Shown: in pieces, positions 1 through 8,328 of the stretch
Position numbering within the stretch: position 1 is the first letter of the stretch
Layout of the letters: each line of letters begins with the position of its first letter
Source of the DNA: Candidatus Krumholzibacteriota bacterium
Lineage (GTDB): Bacteria; Krumholzibacteriota; Krumholzibacteriia; JAJRXK01
Assembly (NCBI GenBank): GCA_963764625.1
Contig: CAVXTH010000006.1
Coordinates: 830,048-894,047, forward strand
Reading direction: 5' to 3'
DNA: 64,000 bases
Made by a program: the position numbers and the translations under genes
The notes under the pieces: model-generated
Told to the model about the DNA's origin: nothing
Seen by the model: the letters and a program-made list of their open reading frames with translations, nothing else
Databases searched by the model: none

Positions 1-1625
1 AAATGCTTGCCGCGTCCCCGGCGATACGAAGCGCGCATGAGAGACCTCAGGGCCAGGAGGGACACGAGCGATTCCAGGCGACTTCCTTTCACCCGGCGAA
101 AGAGCTCCTGGTAATCCTTTCCCCCCACCGGCTCATCCGGAAACCAATCCACTCCCAGCTCTTTGAGAGTCTCGATCAGGGCGGAGACTTTCAGTTCGTC
201 CGGGTCTTCGTGCACCCGCCACAACAGAGGCAAGCTCGCCGCGTGTAAGGTCTCCGCCACCGCGCGGTTCGCCTCGAGCATGAATTCTTCGATGATCCAG
301 TGCGTGGTGAGCAAGGCTTTCTCGCGCACACCGCTCACGCGTCCGTCTTCGCCGAACTCCACTTCGAATTCCGGACGCTCCACGAAGAGCGAACCATTCT
401 CACGCCTTCGCGCGCGCAACTTCTCCGCGAGCTGCAGCATGGAGCGCAGGCTTTCCCGCAGAGTCTCCACTTCCAATTCGGGAACCACTCGTTCGGGTGA
501 AATGAGCGCGTCGCTTCCGTCCAGTAGCGCTTGCGCCTGACGATAGGAAAGCGAGGCGCGACTGCGAATGACCGAGGGACCCAGACGAATCCCCTTTCGT
601 TGCCCTTGCGCGTCGTACTGAAGGAACACGGTGAACGCGTCGCGCTTCACGCCGTGGTGAAGGCTGCACGCATTCGACGAGAGGAACTCCGGCAGCATGG
701 GCACCACTTGCCCCGGCGGATACACGCTCGTGGCGCGTGCGCGCGCCTCCCTGTCCAGCGCGGTGTGGGGGGTGACCCTCGACGCCACGTCCGCGATGTG
801 CACCCCGAGGAGAACGCCGCCACCTGGCAGAGCCTCGAGGGAAACCGCGTCGTCATGGTCCTTGGCGTCTTGGGGATCGATACTGAGCACGAAGAGTTCG
901 GAGAGATCCACCCGGGTGTCCACCGGCACCGGGTCGCTCGTAGCGAGCGCGAGCGCCCGCTCGCTGAAGTGGCGCGGCCAGCCCTCGGTGGCGAGGCGTC
1001 GCTCCATGGCCGGCAGGGGTCGATCGGCCGGTCCCAAGACCAAAAGCCCACGCGCTACCGGCTGCTCGGTGGTGGGCTCGAAGGCGTCCACTTCCGCGGT
1101 GGCCAGCTGGTCGGCGGCATCGCGCGGAAGCTCGACCCCTTCCTCCACGAAGAACCCTCCGGAGAGCCCGGGGATTCTCAGCTCCGGCAGAAGCACCCAG
1201 CGCTTTCCCACCGGCAGCAGCTTACCCAGAATCCGCCGTCGTTCGGCCCGCAGGATTCTCCGCAGAATCGCGGTCTCCACGCCCTCGATTTTGCGGCGGG
1301 CGATCTCCACCCGGTCGCCCTCCACCACGGAGGCGACGTCCTCTTCGCGCAGAGGCAGAGATCCTCCTTCTGCCAATTCGACGCGAACTGGCTGCTCGAA
1401 GGTGGAGAGGACGGTGGCTTTGAGGACGACGGCGCCGGAGAGTGCTTGCATTCTCCGGCGCGGCAGGCGGGCGATCCGGCCGTCTCTGGCGAGTTGGAGC
1501 GCCTGACGGCGGAAGGCGCCATAGTGGTGGCGCGCGACACCGAGCGCGCGCGCCATCGCCTTGAGCTTGAAGCTTCGATGCGGATTCCGCTCGAGAAAGC
1601 GCAGGATCTCGAGTTGCCAGTCCAC
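1..1625 (-). CDS. rnr: Ribonuclease R / RNB-domain exoribonuclease (3' end runs off the window; absent from the ORF track)
   Basis: Manual translation from GTG at 1625 (GGAGAG RBS) gives the RNB motifs SIDPQDAKDHDDAVS, LGVHIADVA, SVYPPGQVVPMLPEFLSSNACSL and IIEEFMLEANRAVA, ending ...GKH at the window edge. Confidence 0.93.
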   Translation of the reverse strand, partial: MDWQLEILRFLERNPHRSFKLKAMARALGVARHHYGAFRRQALQLARDGRIARLPRRRMQALSGAVVLKATVLSTFEQPVRVELAEGGSLPLREEDVASVVEGDRVEIARRKIEGVETAILRRILRAERRRILGKLLPVGKRWVLLPELRIPGLSGGFFVEEGVELPRDAADQLATAEVDAFEPTTEQPVARGLLVLGPADRPLPAMERRLATEGWPRHFSERALALATSDPVPVDTRVDLSELFVLSIDPQDAKDHDDAVSLEALPGGGVLLGVHIADVASRVTPHTALDREARARATSVYPPGQVVPMLPEFLSSNACSLHHGVKRDAFTVFLQYDAQGQRKGIRLGPSVIRSRASLSYRQAQALLDGSDALISPERVVPELEVETLRESLRSMLQLAEKLRARRRENGSLFVERPEFEVEFGEDGRVSGVREKALLTTHWIIEEFMLEANRAVAETLHAASLPLLWRVHEDPDELKVSALIETLKELGVDWFPDEPVGGKDYQELFRRVKGSRLESLVSLLALRSLMRASYRRGRGKH

Positions 1626-1650
1626 GACGCGTACTCTCCGGCGGACGGCG

Positions 1651-1746
1651 CTACTTGTTCTTCTTCTTGTGCCGATTCTTCCGCAGACGCTTCTTGCGTT
1701 TGTGGGTGGCGATCTTCTTGCGCTTCCGCTTCTTCCCGCTGGGCAT
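1651..1746 (-). CDS. Small basic ribosomal protein bS22 (AURKAIP1/COX24, DUF1713 family), 31 aa
   Basis: Translates to MPSGKKRKRKKIATHKRKKRLRKNRHKKKNK*, with GGAGG upstream. Matches the Bacteroidota-type bS22 pattern. Too short for the ORF track. Confidence 0.9.
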   Translation of the reverse strand: MPSGKKRKRKKIATHKRKKRLRKNRHKKKNK

Positions 1747-1796
1747 CTGACCCTGACCTCCGATTCACGACTTGCCAAAAGAAGTCGCAGGTAACG

Positions 1797-1827
1797 ATAA
1801 AACACCACCCACCGCAAGGCAGGTGGC
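1797..1827 (-). terminator. Probable intrinsic terminator downstream of hup
   Basis: Minus-strand RNA GCCACCUGCC-UUGC-GGUGGGUGGU followed by GUUUUAU. Confidence 0.5.
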
Positions 1828-1914
1828 CGCCTGAGAGCTGAACCCCGAGAGAGGAACTCGCCTGAGTCCGGCTAGAACGACCTGGCCGGGCCTTTCGCGG
1901 CAACTCCGGAGGAG

Positions 1915-2229
1915 CTAGAGCGAGCCCGCGCCGAAGCCGGCTTGGCCTTCGCTAGAGCCGTCGACGAGCGCCTTGAGCTCGTTGGAGGCCTTGAAGTAGG
2001 GCACAAGTTTCGACGGAACTTCCACCGCGTCGCCGGTCCGGGGATTCCGCGCTTTGCGAGAACGCCTCTCCTTCACCTTGAAACTGCCGAATCCGCGCAG
2101 CTCCACTTTGTCTCCCTCGCACAGCGCCCGGGAGACGTTCTCCAGAATGAGATCCACGACCACGCCCGTATCTTTCTTCGAAAGACCCGTCCCCTGCGCG
2201 ATCATCTCGACGAGCTCGGCTTTGGTCAT
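1915..2229 (-). CDS. hup: HU/IHF family DNA-binding protein
   Basis: MTKAELV..., VELRGFGSF and ARNPRTG motifs. Confidence 0.93.
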   Translation of the reverse strand: MTKAELVEMIAQGTGLSKKDTGVVVDLILENVSRALCEGDKVELRGFGSFKVKERRSRKARNPRTGDAVEVPSKLVPYFKASNELKALVDGSSEGQAGFGAGSL

Positions 2230-2387
2230 CGACTCCCACTCCCTGCAATGGGTTCCCGGCGGCGCCTCAAGCTACTGGCGAGCGATGGTGGAGAGAGGTT
2301 CTCTGCTCTGTTGCAAATTCATCCAACCATGAGAAGTGATAGCAGTCGCTCCGAGCCAAGTCAATGACAAAATTGAACTTGGCCCGC

Positions 2388-2669
2388 TCAGACCGCTCGA
2401 GGCGCCTCCACCTGGACCTCGTCCACCACCCCCACGATCACGGTGCGCACCGGCCCGGCGCTCCCCAGAATCGTCCGCGCCGCCGCGCCGTCATCCACGA
2501 ACAGGACCTCTTCCCCCACCCCGACCCCGGTCACGTCGACCGCAATGAGGGGATCGCCCCCCGACAGCCCAGCCAGAGGAAGCGGCTGCAGAACCAGGAG
2601 GCTGCGGCCTTCCATCTGTGCGTGCTTCACGCTGCCCACCACCGTGCCCACCACGCGCGCGATCCTCAT
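2388..2669 (-). CDS. BMC vertex protein (BMC-P, EutN/CcmL family)
   Basis: MRIARVVGTVVGSVK...AVDVTGVGVGEEVL...IVGVVD. Confidence 0.93.
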   Translation of the reverse strand: MRIARVVGTVVGSVKHAQMEGRSLLVLQPLPLAGLSGGDPLIAVDVTGVGVGEEVLFVDDGAAARTILGSAGPVRTVIVGVVDEVQVEAPRAV

Positions 2670-2974
2670 GACTCGCCCCGGGGGAAGACCCTGCGCAACT
2701 GCCCCCCGCTCAGCATCTGGAGCTCGTCCAGAATCCCCACGATCGCGCAGTCGACCGGGTTGAAGGGATCGGCGAGACTATTGGCCGCCTCGCGGCTGCG
2801 CACGAACCACACGATCTCGTCCCGATTGGCCGAGACCGTATCCGCCGCCACCGCGATCCTCCCCTTGTCCTGCAGGGAGAAATCGAGCGGTTGGATCAAG
2901 AGGAGCCTCTCTCCCGCGAGGCCCTCCGTCTTGCGGGTGGCGACGCAGGTTCCGATGACGCGCGCCAGCTGCAT
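2666..2974 (-). CDS. BMC vertex protein (BMC-P, EutN/CcmL family) with short C-terminal extension
   Basis: MQLARVIGTCVATRK...SREAA...PVDCAIVGILD; ATGA overlap with the next gene. Confidence 0.93.
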   Translation of the reverse strand: MQLARVIGTCVATRKTEGLAGERLLLIQPLDFSLQDKGRIAVAADTVSANRDEIVWFVRSREAANSLADPFNPVDCAIVGILDELQMLSGGQLRRVFPRGES

Positions 2975-2975
2975 C

Positions 2976-3584
2976 TCAGGCCTCCCCGTCGGGGGAGATG
3001 ACGCCCCTCAGCGGAGATTCTTGGCCCGCTCCGCCGTCCAGATAGGCGGCGTAGTCGGGATGGGGACGGGGAAGGATCGCGGTCTGCACCAGCATGCTGG
3101 GGATGCGCAGCGCGCCGACGCCGGCCTGCACCGCTGCCTCGACGTCCGCCACCTCTCCCGCCAGGTGGTACACCGCCTTGCCGCCGATGCCCGCGCCCAG
3201 CCGGATGGAAAGCAAGCGAACCGCGGCGGCCTTCAGGGAGGCATCCGCCGCCCGCAGAGCGGCAGACACCGTCGCGGTTTCCACGACTCCCATCGCGGCG
3301 ACTCCGGCAGCGGGAAGAGAACTCTGCAGCGCGCGCGCCAGCTCGGAATGAACCCGCGGCAGAAAGAGAGCGTCCACGAGTTGTTCGTCGCAAACCTGGA
3401 GGCCCTTTTCCATCGCGGCCTCGACCTCGGCGATCGCGCCTTCAATCGCCACTAACAACTTTCCGGGGGAGACTGGCGTCGCCATCAGAAGATGGACGGA
3501 GGCCGTCTTGAGCATCGCATCGCACACGAGCGAGCCGCGAGCAAGACTGCTGCATTCGATGAGCCCTAGAGAGGTGGTGTCCAA
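2976..3584 (-). CDS. Tandem-domain BMC shell protein (BMC-T, PduT/BMC-T1-like)
   Basis: Two BMC domains: LGLIECSSLARG..DAMLK..PVSPGK and MGVVETAT..AADASLKAA..GIGGK..GEVADVEAAV. Start placed at TTG 3584 after a GGGGA RBS. Confidence 0.9.
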   Translation of the reverse strand: MDTTSLGLIECSSLARGSLVCDAMLKTASVHLLMATPVSPGKLLVAIEGAIAEVEAAMEKGLQVCDEQLVDALFLPRVHSELARALQSSLPAAGVAAMGVVETATVSAALRAADASLKAAAVRLLSIRLGAGIGGKAVYHLAGEVADVEAAVQAGVGALRIPSMLVQTAILPRPHPDYAAYLDGGAGQESPLRGVISPDGEA

Positions 3585-3594
3585 CGCGGTCCCC

Positions 3595-5118
3595 CTAGAC
3601 GATGCGGAATTCGCCCACGAGAGTGCAGCGCCGGCGCCGCGAGAAGGAGCGGGGATCGGTGAGTCCCTCGCCAGTGGGAGTGGCGATGGTGAAAGAGGTG
3701 TATCCCTCTCCCCCCTCACCGAGTCCGGCGAAATTGGGACCGTTCTTCACGAAGATCGACGCGTTGCACATGCGGGCCATCTTCCCGAGACGATCCACGC
3801 GTTTGCTGTGCATGACGAAGGTGTGACCGTTCCCTGCCTCCATCTCCACCGCCAGGCGCATGGCCTCTTCCGCGTCGGCCACCGCGCACAAGGGCATCAT
3901 GGGCATGAGCTGTTCGGTCCACAGCAGGGGATGGTCGCAGGAGACCGGCCAGATGGCCAGGCGACAGCTCTGTGGAACTTCGACGCCGATCTTGGCCAGG
4001 ATCGTCCGCGCCGTCTTTCCCACCCACTCACGGTTGATGACGGCCTTCTTCCTCGGGCCCCGCATCTCCTGGAAGATCACTTTTTCCAAGCGCGTGATTT
4101 CATCGGCCGAGAGGATGCGATTCCCGCAGCGCTCGAGCTCTTTCAAGAGCTGACCACACACCGACTCCACCACGATGATTTCCTTCTCACAGGTGCAGAT
4201 GATCCCGTTGTCCAATCCGCCCCCCAGCGTGATGTCGCGCGCCGCTTTCGCGAGGTCCGCGGTTTCGTCCACCACCGCCGGTGGGTTTCCTGGGCCGCCG
4301 GTAATGCACTTCTTCCCCGAATCGAGCGCCGCCCGCACCACTCCCGGTCCCCCGGTGACCACGAGGAGACGCACCGTCTTGTGCTGCATGAGGGCTTGCG
4401 CGGTCTCCAGCGTGGGATCCTTTACGCAGCAGAGTAGATTGCGGGGCGCTCCGACTTCCAGCGCGGCTTCGTTCATGATGGACATCGCGAGCCGGCTGAC
4501 GTTTTTGGCCGCGGGATGGGGATTGAAGACCACCGTATTCCCCGCCGCGAGCATGGCGATGCCGTTGTTGATGATGGTCTCGCTCGGATTCGTCACCGGA
4601 GTGATCGAACCGATCACGCCGTAGGGAGCCCACTCGCAGAGCATGAGACCGTCGTCCCCGCTCATGCTCTCCGGACAAAGAATCTCTGGACCGGGAGTCT
4701 TGCGGATGACGAGTCGGTTCTTGATCTGTTTGTCCTCGGCCCGGCCCAGTCCGGTCTCGGAGACCGCCAGCTCGGAAAGAAGAGGGACACGCTCCTGAAG
4801 ACGCTGCCGGATGACCCGGATCATCTCCTCGCGCCGCTGCAGGGGAAACTCCTGGTATTGCTCGAAGGCGGCCCGGGCCGCGCGCACCGCTTCGTCCAAG
4901 GTGGGGAAGACCCCGTGCATGGCGGCTTGGGGGGACGCTCCCCCGCCGGGTATTCCCTGCCCCAGACTCGCCGGTCGCGGGGGGCGCGTCGTGGCGTGCG
5001 AGGGACCTGGCGCTGACGAACCCACGGCGGCGCTCGCAGCGCGTTCGCTCTGCATCGCGGCGGCGCGGCGTTGCGCCGCGCGCACCAGCTCGGCCAAGCG
5101 ATTGTCGTTGAGCGACAT
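3595..5118 (-). CDS. Acylating aldehyde dehydrogenase (EutE/PduP-like) with N-terminal encapsulation peptide
   Basis: APYGVIGSITPVTNPSET, GGPGNPPAVVDETAD, catalytic region DNGIICTCEKE and TIATPTGEG. The amphipathic N-terminus LNDNRLAELVRAAQRRA is followed by a ~50-aa P/A/G/S linker. Confidence 0.93.
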   Translation of the reverse strand: MSLNDNRLAELVRAAQRRAAAMQSERAASAAVGSSAPGPSHATTRPPRPASLGQGIPGGGASPQAAMHGVFPTLDEAVRAARAAFEQYQEFPLQRREEMIRVIRQRLQERVPLLSELAVSETGLGRAEDKQIKNRLVIRKTPGPEILCPESMSGDDGLMLCEWAPYGVIGSITPVTNPSETIINNGIAMLAAGNTVVFNPHPAAKNVSRLAMSIMNEAALEVGAPRNLLCCVKDPTLETAQALMQHKTVRLLVVTGGPGVVRAALDSGKKCITGGPGNPPAVVDETADLAKAARDITLGGGLDNGIICTCEKEIIVVESVCGQLLKELERCGNRILSADEITRLEKVIFQEMRGPRKKAVINREWVGKTARTILAKIGVEVPQSCRLAIWPVSCDHPLLWTEQLMPMMPLCAVADAEEAMRLAVEMEAGNGHTFVMHSKRVDRLGKMARMCNASIFVKNGPNFAGLGEGGEGYTSFTIATPTGEGLTDPRSFSRRRRCTLVGEFRIV

Positions 5119-5135
5119 TCTGTCTCCGAGACGAT

Positions 5136-5423
5136 CTATTTCTGGTAGACGAGTTTCCCGGCGATCTCGAGCGAATCGACGATTCCCATCACGATCGCAT
5201 CCACGGGGCGTTCCTTCGTGAGCTCCGTCATTCTCGAGGACGAGCCGGAGGCGTAGATCACCACTTCTCCCACACCCGCTCCCACCGCGTCGACCGCCAC
5301 CACGTAACTGCCCACCGGCTCGCGATTCACGTCGACGGTCTTGAGGACGAGCAGTTTCACCCCCCGTAAGCTCTGCTCCTTACGGGTGGCCACCACGGTG
5401 CCGATGACCTCGGCGAGTTGCAT
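5136..5423 (-). CDS. BMC vertex protein (BMC-P, EutN/CcmL family)
   Basis: MQLAEVIGTVVATRK...AVDAVGAGVGEVV..SGSSSR..PVDAIVMGIVD. Confidence 0.95.
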   Translation of the reverse strand: MQLAEVIGTVVATRKEQSLRGVKLLVLKTVDVNREPVGSYVVAVDAVGAGVGEVVIYASGSSSRMTELTKERPVDAIVMGIVDSLEIAGKLVYQK

Positions 5424-5426
5424 GGG

Positions 5427-5717
5427 TTACTTGCCGTCGGCCACGCCACCGATGGGCAAGGTGTCTTGCACATTCATGTGGGGCCTCGGGATGACATGGA
5501 CGCAGATGAGCTCGCCGATCTTGGAAGCAGCAGCTCCCCCCGCATCGGTGGCCGCTTTCACCGCTGCCACATCTCCGCGCACGATGGCGGTGCAATAGGC
5601 ACCCCCGATTTTCTCGTATCCCACCAAGCTGACGTTGGCAGCCTTCACCATGGCGTCCGCTGCCTCCACCATGGCTGCGAAGCCACGGGTTTCGATCATC
5701 CCCAGCGCTTCCTTCAT
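5427..5717 (-). CDS. BMC hexamer shell protein (BMC-H, PduA/EutM-like)
   Basis: [48 protein letters not shown]; AAGGAG upstream. Confidence 0.96.
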   Translation of the reverse strand: MKEALGMIETRGFAAMVEAADAMVKAANVSLVGYEKIGGAYCTAIVRGDVAAVKAATDAGGAAASKIGELICVHVIPRPHMNVQDTLPIGGVADGK

Positions 5718-5789
5718 GGCAGCTCGTGCTCCTTGCTCTAGAGAACTCAAGGGGTTGCGGCACCAGTGGCGGGCGCAGCCCGAGGGCGA

Positions 5790-5818
5790 AACCTAGCAGG
5801 GGGCTCAGTTGGTGTCAA
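5790..5818 (-). promoter_or_regulatory. sigma70-type promoter of the BMC operon
   Basis: TTGACA-N17-TAGGTT on the minus strand, ~70 nt before the BMC-H start. Confidence 0.7.
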
Positions 5819-5836
5819 TGGAGGGGAGAGTCGCAA

Positions 5837-5870
5837 GAGAACGCTCCTGCGGGCCCGCAGGAGCGTTCTC
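5837..5870. repeat. Perfect 34-bp palindrome (strong hairpin; terminator or operator)
   Basis: GAGAACGCTCCTGCGGGCCCGCAGGAGCGTTCTC equals its own reverse complement. Confidence 0.9.
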
Positions 5871-5992
5871 ATCCTCAATCAACGGAGGAAGTTTATGCGC
5901 CACCCACATCAGCCGCGTGCCGGCACTGACCAAAACAAACCAGCGAAGGGTATGAGCAGCCCGACAATCCCGTGCGTGGCAGGCGGCGCGTC
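5837..5992 (-). ncRNA. Candidate structured small RNA (~155 nt), unclassified
   Basis: sigma54-like motif upstream, an 11-bp closing stem with minus-strand-specific G-U pairs, internal stems, a CUUCCUCC linker and a terminal palindrome hairpin. Confidence 0.45.
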
Positions 5993-6002
5993 CTTCTGAT
6001 GC

Positions 6003-6070
6003 ATCAAGACGCGTGCCGCCAAGCTTTCCCGGGGCAAAATCGATATAGCGCAATTAATTTCAGTCACTTA
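6003..6070 (-). promoter_or_regulatory. Putative sigma54 (-24/-12) promoter with upstream AT-rich IHF-like site
   Basis: CGGCACG-CGTC-TTGAT at 6018-6003 (GG-N10-GA rather than GC). TTTCAGTCACTTA at 6058-6070 is one mismatch from WATCARN4TTR. Confidence 0.45.
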
Positions 6071-6096
6071 GGCTTATGGCCCTGCCGCGGGCCCTC

Positions 6097-7437
6097 TCAG
6101 CTCTCGCGCATTCCGCGCACGGGGCGACGGGCCGCGTGCAGCGTGCGCATCAGTTCCTCGTACGCGGGCTTCCACTCGACCCTGCGCCGAGAGAGAACGG
6201 TGCGCAGGGTCGCCAGCGCCTTTTCCAGCTCGTAGTCGACGAGGCCCGCGCTTCCTCCCCAACGAAAGCTCTCGACGTGGCGCGGGGGAAAGTCGGCCCC
6301 AAAGAGGTTCACGCAGACGCCCACCACCGTGCCCGTGTTGAACATGGTGTTGATGCCACAGCGGACGTGGTCGCCCAGAATCGGCCCCAGAAATCGCTGC
6401 TGCGTGTCGATCTCCCCCGAGCCGAGATCGACCCGCACCGAGCCGTAGTTATTCTTCAGGTCGCTGGCGTTGGTGTCGGCGCCCAGATTCACCCAGCTTC
6501 CGAGGTACGCGTGGCCCAGAAAGCCATCGTGCTGCTTGTTGCTGAGATCCAAAATGACCGCTTCCTCGAGCTCGCCCCCGAGCTTACAGAGAGCCCCCAC
6601 GGAGGATCCCTCCCGCAGTCGCGTCATGGGATGCAGATGAGATCCGGGTCCGAGATAGGCCGGACCCTGCACCGTCACGTTCGCCTCGATCACCGCACCG
6701 GCGCCAATGAGGATGGGCCCCGACTCGGCGTCGAGCACCACGCCCGGTTTGACCTTCGCCCCCGGTCCAAAGAGCACCTCACTCTCTGCCAGGATGTGCA
6801 CCCCCGGATAGAGGATGGCGGTGCTGGAGTCCCCGAAGCCGCGCTGACCCAAGAGTTCGATCGCCGGTGCGCCGTCTTCGAACACCACCCCAAAGATCCG
6901 GCGTGGAACCGCACCCTGGCGGGCAATGCTGGCGAAGTCACGCCGCAGGTCCTCCTCGTTGGCCGCGATCAGGTCCCACGGGTGAGAAAAAAGCACGAGG
7001 GACGAGGGGTTCGACTGCAGGGCTACCAGTGAGCCCATGTCCCCCTGCGCGCATTTCCGCGCCGCGGCGGCGGAGAGCCAGGCCGCACCCCACCGGGGCT
7101 TCGCTTCCAAGCTCGCCAGGAAAAGCTGGTCGCGCGAAGCGACGTCTTCGTAGAGCGCGCGCAGCTCTTCCACCGAAATCCTGAGCCGCGCGTTCAACAC
7201 CAGGACCCGCGCATCTTCGTCGATCGGCTGGAGCAGCTCGGGAAGGCTGAGCGAGAGAAGGGCCCGCAGCTCATGGCGCACGTAGGCGCGCACACGTCCC
7301 GTAGCCACCATCTCCGCCCGCTCGCGCAGGTTCAACGCGCCGCTGCGGAGCTCGAACATCGGCCGGGTGGAGGACACCGGCCACAGCTGATCCTGTGCGC
7401 CGTCTTCCACCAGGAGAATGATCGGATCCTTGGCCAT
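6097..7437 (-). CDS. Alternative GlmU-like sugar nucleotidyltransferase/acetyltransferase (NTP_transf_4 plus LbH)
   Basis: LWPVSSTRPMFELRSGA N-terminus, hexapeptide repeats, SNKQHDGFLGHAYLGSWVNLGADTNASDLKNNYG. Confidence 0.88.
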   Translation of the reverse strand: MAKDPIILLVEDGAQDQLWPVSSTRPMFELRSGALNLRERAEMVATGRVRAYVRHELRALLSLSLPELLQPIDEDARVLVLNARLRISVEELRALYEDVASRDQLFLASLEAKPRWGAAWLSAAAARKCAQGDMGSLVALQSNPSSLVLFSHPWDLIAANEEDLRRDFASIARQGAVPRRIFGVVFEDGAPAIELLGQRGFGDSSTAILYPGVHILAESEVLFGPGAKVKPGVVLDAESGPILIGAGAVIEANVTVQGPAYLGPGSHLHPMTRLREGSSVGALCKLGGELEEAVILDLSNKQHDGFLGHAYLGSWVNLGADTNASDLKNNYGSVRVDLGSGEIDTQQRFLGPILGDHVRCGINTMFNTGTVVGVCVNLFGADFPPRHVESFRWGGSAGLVDYELEKALATLRTVLSRRRVEWKPAYEELMRTLHAARRPVRGMRES

Positions 7438-7520
7438 GCGGTCCTCCTGCGGCGAGGCAGAGAGACGAGAGAAGGGCGACCTCGCTAGAGACCGCCCTCT
7501 CCCCATTCAGTCCGTCGAAG

Positions 7521-7596
7521 TGGTGGAGCCAAGGGGGATCGAACCCCTGACCTCATGACTGCCAGTCATGCGCTCTCCCAGCTGAGCTATGGCCCC
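7521..7596 (-). tRNA. tRNA-Ala(GGC)
   Basis: GGGGCCATAGCTCAGCTGGGAGAGCGCATGACTGGCAGTCATGAGGTCAGGGGTTCGATCCCCCTTGGCTCCACCA; cloverleaf with encoded CCA. Confidence 0.97.
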
Positions 7597-7613
7597 GCAA
7601 AACCTGAGCCGTG

Positions 7614-7641
7614 AATCTAGAGTGTAGGGGATTTCTGTCAA
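7614..7641 (-). promoter_or_regulatory. sigma70 promoter for tRNA-Ala (and possibly the GlmU-like gene)
   Basis: TTGACA-N16-TAGATT on the minus strand. Confidence 0.6.
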
Positions 7642-7667
7642 GAGTTCAGGCTCGAATCGCCGCGTAG

Positions 7668-7696
7668 TTGACACGAGGGCCTCCCCTTCCTACGCT
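7668..7696 (+). promoter_or_regulatory. sigma70 promoter for tRNA-Leu
   Basis: TTGACA-N17-TACGCT followed by a GC-rich discriminator. Confidence 0.7.
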
Positions 7697-7714
7697 GCCG
7701 GCGCCATGCTTCGT

Positions 7715-7800
7715 GCCGGAGTGGCGGAACTGGTAGACGCGCGGCACTCAAAATGCCGTGGACACTGTTCGTGTGGGTTCGAGTCCCACCTCCGGCACCA
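7715..7800 (+). tRNA. tRNA-Leu(CAA)
   Basis: GCCGGAGTGGCGGAACTGGTAGACGCGCGGCACTCAAAATGCCGT...GGGTTCGAGTCCCACCTCCGGCACCA; long variable arm. Confidence 0.96.
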
Positions 7801-7867
7801 ACGCTCCTAGAGCCAGGCTTTTGCCCTTTCGCGGCACGGGTCACGCCACCGCCCTTGCTTCCCCGGC

Positions 7868-8222
7868 TCAGGGTTCCTTCGGAAATTCGCCCAGCACGTA
7901 GCGTCGATGACCGCCGGCCAGCGGCGTCTCGCTCGCGTCGAAGGCCTTTACCTCCAAGCTCAGCGAGTCACAATCGACGAGCACCCGCATCATGTTCTCA
8001 TTGAGAGCGAGCAGGGTGTCCGAGCTGCTCTGCTGAAACAGGAGCCGGTAGCCTGACCACACGCGGACCAGATAGGAATCGGCTCCGTTCGACCGCCGGC
8101 CAGTGGAGTTCTTGGGGCCGGGCGGGCGGGGTTTGCTCGGCCTTGTGTCCACACGCACCCAGGCAGAGGGAGACGCCCAGTAGCAAAAGAACCGAAACGA
8201 GAAGGGATCGGGTCGTGTTCAT
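7868..8222 (-). CDS. Small hypothetical lipoprotein (FN3-like), split by a +1 frameshift near 8087
   Basis: Signal peptide and lipobox (LCLGAC). LHWPAVE joins GADSYLVRVW if one base is removed. Confidence 0.6.
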
Positions 8223-8328
8223 GGACAAAATCCTAGCCGCGACGCGCGCGGTCGCACAAGGATCCCTCTCGTCATTCGTGCCAAGTTGCGATATCTTGCA
8301 GCACTCGAACCGGAATTGTTGATTCAAG

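Noticed and set aside
5870-6090. Known riboswitch (cobalamin, c-di-GMP, TPP) upstream of the BMC operon
   Set aside because: I could not find their conserved cores by eye, so the region is kept only as an unclassified RNA candidate. The 77-82-aa ORFs here lack RBS or motif support.
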